Shown: in pieces, positions 32,320 through 33,158 of the stretch
Layout of the letters: every line of letters starts with the position of its first letter
Position numbering within the stretch: the stretch's first letter is position 1
Assembly (NCBI GenBank): GCA_000182565.2
Contig: KQ257458.1
DNA from: Spizellomyces punctatus DAOM BR117
Taxonomy: Eukaryota
Length of the DNA: 33,158 bases
Reading direction: 5' to 3' (one strand)
Position numbers and translations under genes: made by a program
The notes under the pieces: model-generated
Database searches by the model: none
Told to the model about the DNA's origin: nothing
What the model saw: only the letters and a program-made list of their open reading frames with translations

Positions 32320-33145
32320 GCGTTCCAAGTTTATCATTTCCTCTAATTTTCGGGCTAATAGCAATCAATATTCCATCAAGATAGAAAAGCAACCATTCTC
32401 TGAGGCGACATTACTGGACGATCATTTCTAGAATCCGGGCAACTTGTCAATTCCTCGAGCAAGTATTATTGCGTTGTGAGCACATTATGATTCCTCTAAT
32501 TTTTTGGCAATTATCGCTTCATCAAAGCTTTTTCGCGAAAACACAACCTTCTCTGCCAACTTGGGCAACCCACCCGCGTTTTGAATACCAGGGTCGCCAG
32601 GCAAACTGCCGATAAAGTTAAGGCGTACATTTTCGGCCGGTAACCGATCGAAATCTTTGGGGGGTAAGTGTTGTTTGCGTTTGTACGCAAGTTCATCATT
32701 CCTCTACTGTTAGGGCCAATATGAATCGTCTCTCCATCAGGAAGTACCTGTATGTTAAAGTCATCATTTCCTCTAATGTTAGGGCCAACAGGAACCATCT
32801 CTCCATCAACGCGTCAAATGGATATTGAAAGACCTGGCCAAGTACAACAAGCCCACTCCTGTGCCAGTGATATGCTGTCCCTATCAAGCAAGACAAGCAG
32901 CAGATATCAGTGGTTATAGGCGAATTATGTGTAGCTTAGCGGCTTTGCTTCCTATATATACCACAGTTTTGGAGTTCCCACGGGTTTCTGAAGCTTTATC
33001 TCTTTGCGAAAAAACCAAACCATTCTCTGAGGCCCCCGATTTTGGACAGATGTCCCCAGAGGAACCGGTAAGTTTTTACTGCTAGTGGGCAAGTTTATCA
33101 TATCTAATTTTTCTGGTCAATAGCAATGATTGTCTCCACCAAGGC
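32320..33145. repeat. Degenerate ~50-bp module repeated four times
   Basis: AAGT..ATCAT...CTA....GG..AA....TCCA at ~32327, ~32689, ~32758, ~33091; AACCATTCTCTGAGGC at 32391 and ~33018. Confidence 0.6.
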
Positions 33146-33158
33146 GAAAGGACTGCCG

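Overview
Intron-containing fungal genomic DNA, very probably the chytrid Spizellomyces punctatus (inferred from a recognisable Fanzor1/Spu-1 element and a kinesin-13). Left half: a cluster of decayed, highly divergent histone-H3-like gene copies sharing a homologous intron (~0.6-2.4 kb), tRNA-Pro(AGG), decayed repeats, a divergently transcribed FET3/FTR1 iron-uptake pair and a kinesin-13 gene with a duplicated 3' end. Right half (15994-31915): a nest of mobile elements. The outer shell is a Fanzor (eukaryotic OMEGA RNA-guided nuclease) transposon with a perfect 30-bp inverted repeat, TA duplication, CATA TAM and an apparently intact omegaRNA. Its nuclease ORF is split, and the middle lost, around a chromodomain Ty3/gypsy element. 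That element is interrupted in its chromodomain by a second, opposite-orientation copy (4-bp TSD), which carries a further LTR fragment and an intronless Polinton/Maverick-type integrase plus SF1-helicase-HNH fragment. Three assembly gaps limit interpretation. All homology calls are from motif recognition by eye, not database searches.
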